Shown in pieces: positions 62,417 to 64,000 of a DNA stretch of 64,000 nucleotides. The DNA lies in sequence record NZ_CP103154.1, one strand, 5' to 3'. Numbering within the stretch: the stretch's first letter is position 1; the number at the start of each line of letters is the position of its first letter. This DNA is from a plasmid. Under the pieces are notes generated by a model, which saw nothing but the letters and a program-made list of their open reading frames with translations, searched no databases and was not told the DNA's origin. The position numbers were made by a program, and so were the translations under genes.

Positions 62417-62975
62417 AACTTTATTTAAACGGATTAAACCATTAATTAAGGTATTCGTTATAGTAGATTCATATCTTCCTAGGAAACTTAATAATTTTTT
62501 ATTTGTAAGTTTAAGAGGTATTGGAGGAAAAGTTGGTATTGTGATTAGATACATATTGGTGAAAAATCTAGCAAAAAAATGCGGTGATAATGTTGTAATT
62601 AAAGAAAATGTATATATATCTAACATAGAGAAACTAGAACTGGGAGATAATATCAGTATTCATCCGATGTGTTATTTTGAATGTAGCGGAGGATTGATGA
62701 TCGGAAATAATGTGTCTATTGCCCATTCAAGTTCAATACTAACAAGTACTCACACTTATTCTGATTTTAATTTACCTATTAAATATAATGAAATCCTAAA
62801 AAAAACGGTAGTTATCCATGATGATGTATGGATTGGTTGTGGAGTGAGGATTTTATGTGGAGTTCACATTGATACAAGATGTATAATAGGCGCAAATAGT
62901 TTGGTTAATAAAAGTGTTGACTCATTCTCTATTTATGGGGGAGTTCCTGCAAAAAAAATAAAATCTTTTCAATGA
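62397..62975 (+). CDS. left-handed beta-helix (hexapeptide-repeat) acetyltransferase
   Basis: Repeating [LIV]G.N..I hexads in the C-terminal half. Confidence 0.75.
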   Translation: MSDLSGRTLFKRIKPLIKVFVIVDSYLPRKLNNFLFVSLRGIGGKVGIVIRYILVKNLAKKCGDNVVIKENVYISNIEKLELGDNISIHPMCYFECSGGLMIGNNVSIAHSSSILTSTHTYSDFNLPIKYNEILKKTVVIHDDVWIGCGVRILCGVHIDTRCIIGANSLVNKSVDSFSIYGGVPAKKIKSFQ

Positions 62976-63039
62976 AAAAAAGAAATTATTCAAAATAACA
63001 AATTCAGCTTATTTTCAAGTCCGGCAACTTCAAGGTCAA

Positions 63040-64000
63040 TTGAATTATTTTTCCGCATATTTCGATGTCATTGCCGTTGCCCCTAAAGGAGAAGGTTGGG
63101 AGGAATTACAGAAGCAACAGGCACGTTGTATTCCGGTAAAAATGTCAAGAGCCATAAATCCGATTTTCGATTTAATAACTCTTTTCCAATTGGTAAAACT
63201 TTTTATCAAAGAGAAGCCGACTATTGTTCACTCGCACACCCCCAAAGCTGGTCTTTTGGGTATGTTAGCAGCATGGATAGCACGTGTGCCGATCCGTATG
63301 CACACGGTAACAGGCTTCCCATTGACGACGGCTACGGGCATAAAAAAACAAATTCTTCGTTTTACGGAACGGTTAACTTACGCTTGTGCCACAAATGTAT
63401 ATCCCAATTCACAAAAGATGTGTGATATTATTTGTTCAATGGGGATCGGCAATCCTAAAAAAATGCTTGTTATCGGTAATGGTGGTTCAAATGGAATTGA
63501 TACGGCATTCTATTCGCGAAATGCTACACAAGATATTAAGATTTCAACTTTCGATTTCACGTTTGGTTTTGTAGGTCGTATATTTTATGAGAAAGGAATC
63601 AATGAATTAGTAGCTTCTTTTATTCGATTACAGAAAGATTATCCTAACATAGGATTACGTTTAATCGGCTTTATGGAAGAAAACCTTTATCCGGTTGATG
63701 ATTGGGTAAAACAAGAGATTAGCACAAATTCTCACATTGAGTTTGTCGGCTTTCAACAAGATGTTCGTCCCTATCTAATGGGGTGTGAGGCTTTTGTTTT
63801 TCCCTCCTATCGTGAAGGTTTCCCCTAATGTTGTCATGCAAGCTGGGGCCTTGGAATTACCACAAATCGTTACAGATATCAATGGTTGTAATGAAATAAT
63901 TGTTCAAAACAAAAATGGAATAATTGTTCCACCACAAGACGAACACGCATTGTATAAAGCCATGAAATATTTTTTGGATAATCCTAATGAGGTAAAAAGA
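63040..64000 (+). CDS. glycosyltransferase family 4, runs off the window; apparent +1 frameshift at ~63822 in a C-run
   Basis: ORF 63040-63828 ends EGFP; next frame continues NVVMQAGALELPQIVTDINGCNEIIV... (GT4 C-terminal half). Confidence 0.65.

Noticed and set aside
1-64000. CRISPR arrays, rRNA and tRNA genes
   Set aside because: No spacer-interleaved repeat arrays and no tRNA-like T-arm (GGTTCGA[AT]TCC) cloverleaf candidates were seen. The iteron and 24-bp repeats lack unique spacers or cas genes.

Overview
This window looks like a Bacteroidales (Bacteroides/Parabacteroides-type) chromosomal segment, judged from a UpxY-type regulator, Bacteroides-style -7 promoter motifs and about 42% GC. 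The left ~34 kb is a mosaic of decayed and intact mobile-DNA modules. The right ~30 kb is a capsular polysaccharide (CPS) locus that is interrupted by a ~10 kb Tn4555-like mobilizable transposon carrying the cfxA class A beta-lactamase.

Left mosaic, in order:
- a mazEF toxin-antitoxin pair
- a frameshifted RhuM paralog
- a Hin-like serine invertase
- a RadC/JAB gene
- an 8-copy iteron array abutting a 402-aa Rep-like ORF
- 105-bp direct repeats bracketing a 16.4 kb block
- an IS1380-like transposase with an in-frame stop
- MobC plus a MobA-type relaxase
- an AraC-controlled operon of an MBL-fold hydrolase plus two radical-SAM-like (CxxxCxxC) proteins
- a 5'-truncated histidine-kinase fragment
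- a serine resolvase
- an intact RhuM gene
- a ParA/RHH partition pair
- a type V (Mfa/FimA-like) fimbrial operon
- a frameshifted LuxR-type regulator
- an AAA (DUF4143) ATPase
- two tandem hipBA modules plus an orphan hipA 3' fragment

Right-hand CPS locus, in order:
- a tyrosine recombinase next to a 19-bp inverted-repeat-flanked putative invertible promoter
- upxY, a wecA-like initiating transferase, wza, wzc (BY-kinase), and a cpsB-type PHP phosphatase
- a UDP-GlcNAc epimerase and dehydrogenase pair
- a broken acyltransferase-3 gene
- wzx, five glycosyltransferases, wzy and an LbH acetyltransferase

The cfxA element sits after wzy and is inserted at codon ~5 of a GT2 gene. It encodes an integrase, a four-fold HTH_17 protein, an ATPase, a primase-like protein, a MobV relaxase and cfxA.

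Many frameshifts and in-frame stops fall in homopolymer runs. They may be genuine decay or assembly/sequencing errors. No CRISPR array, rRNA or tRNA was found.
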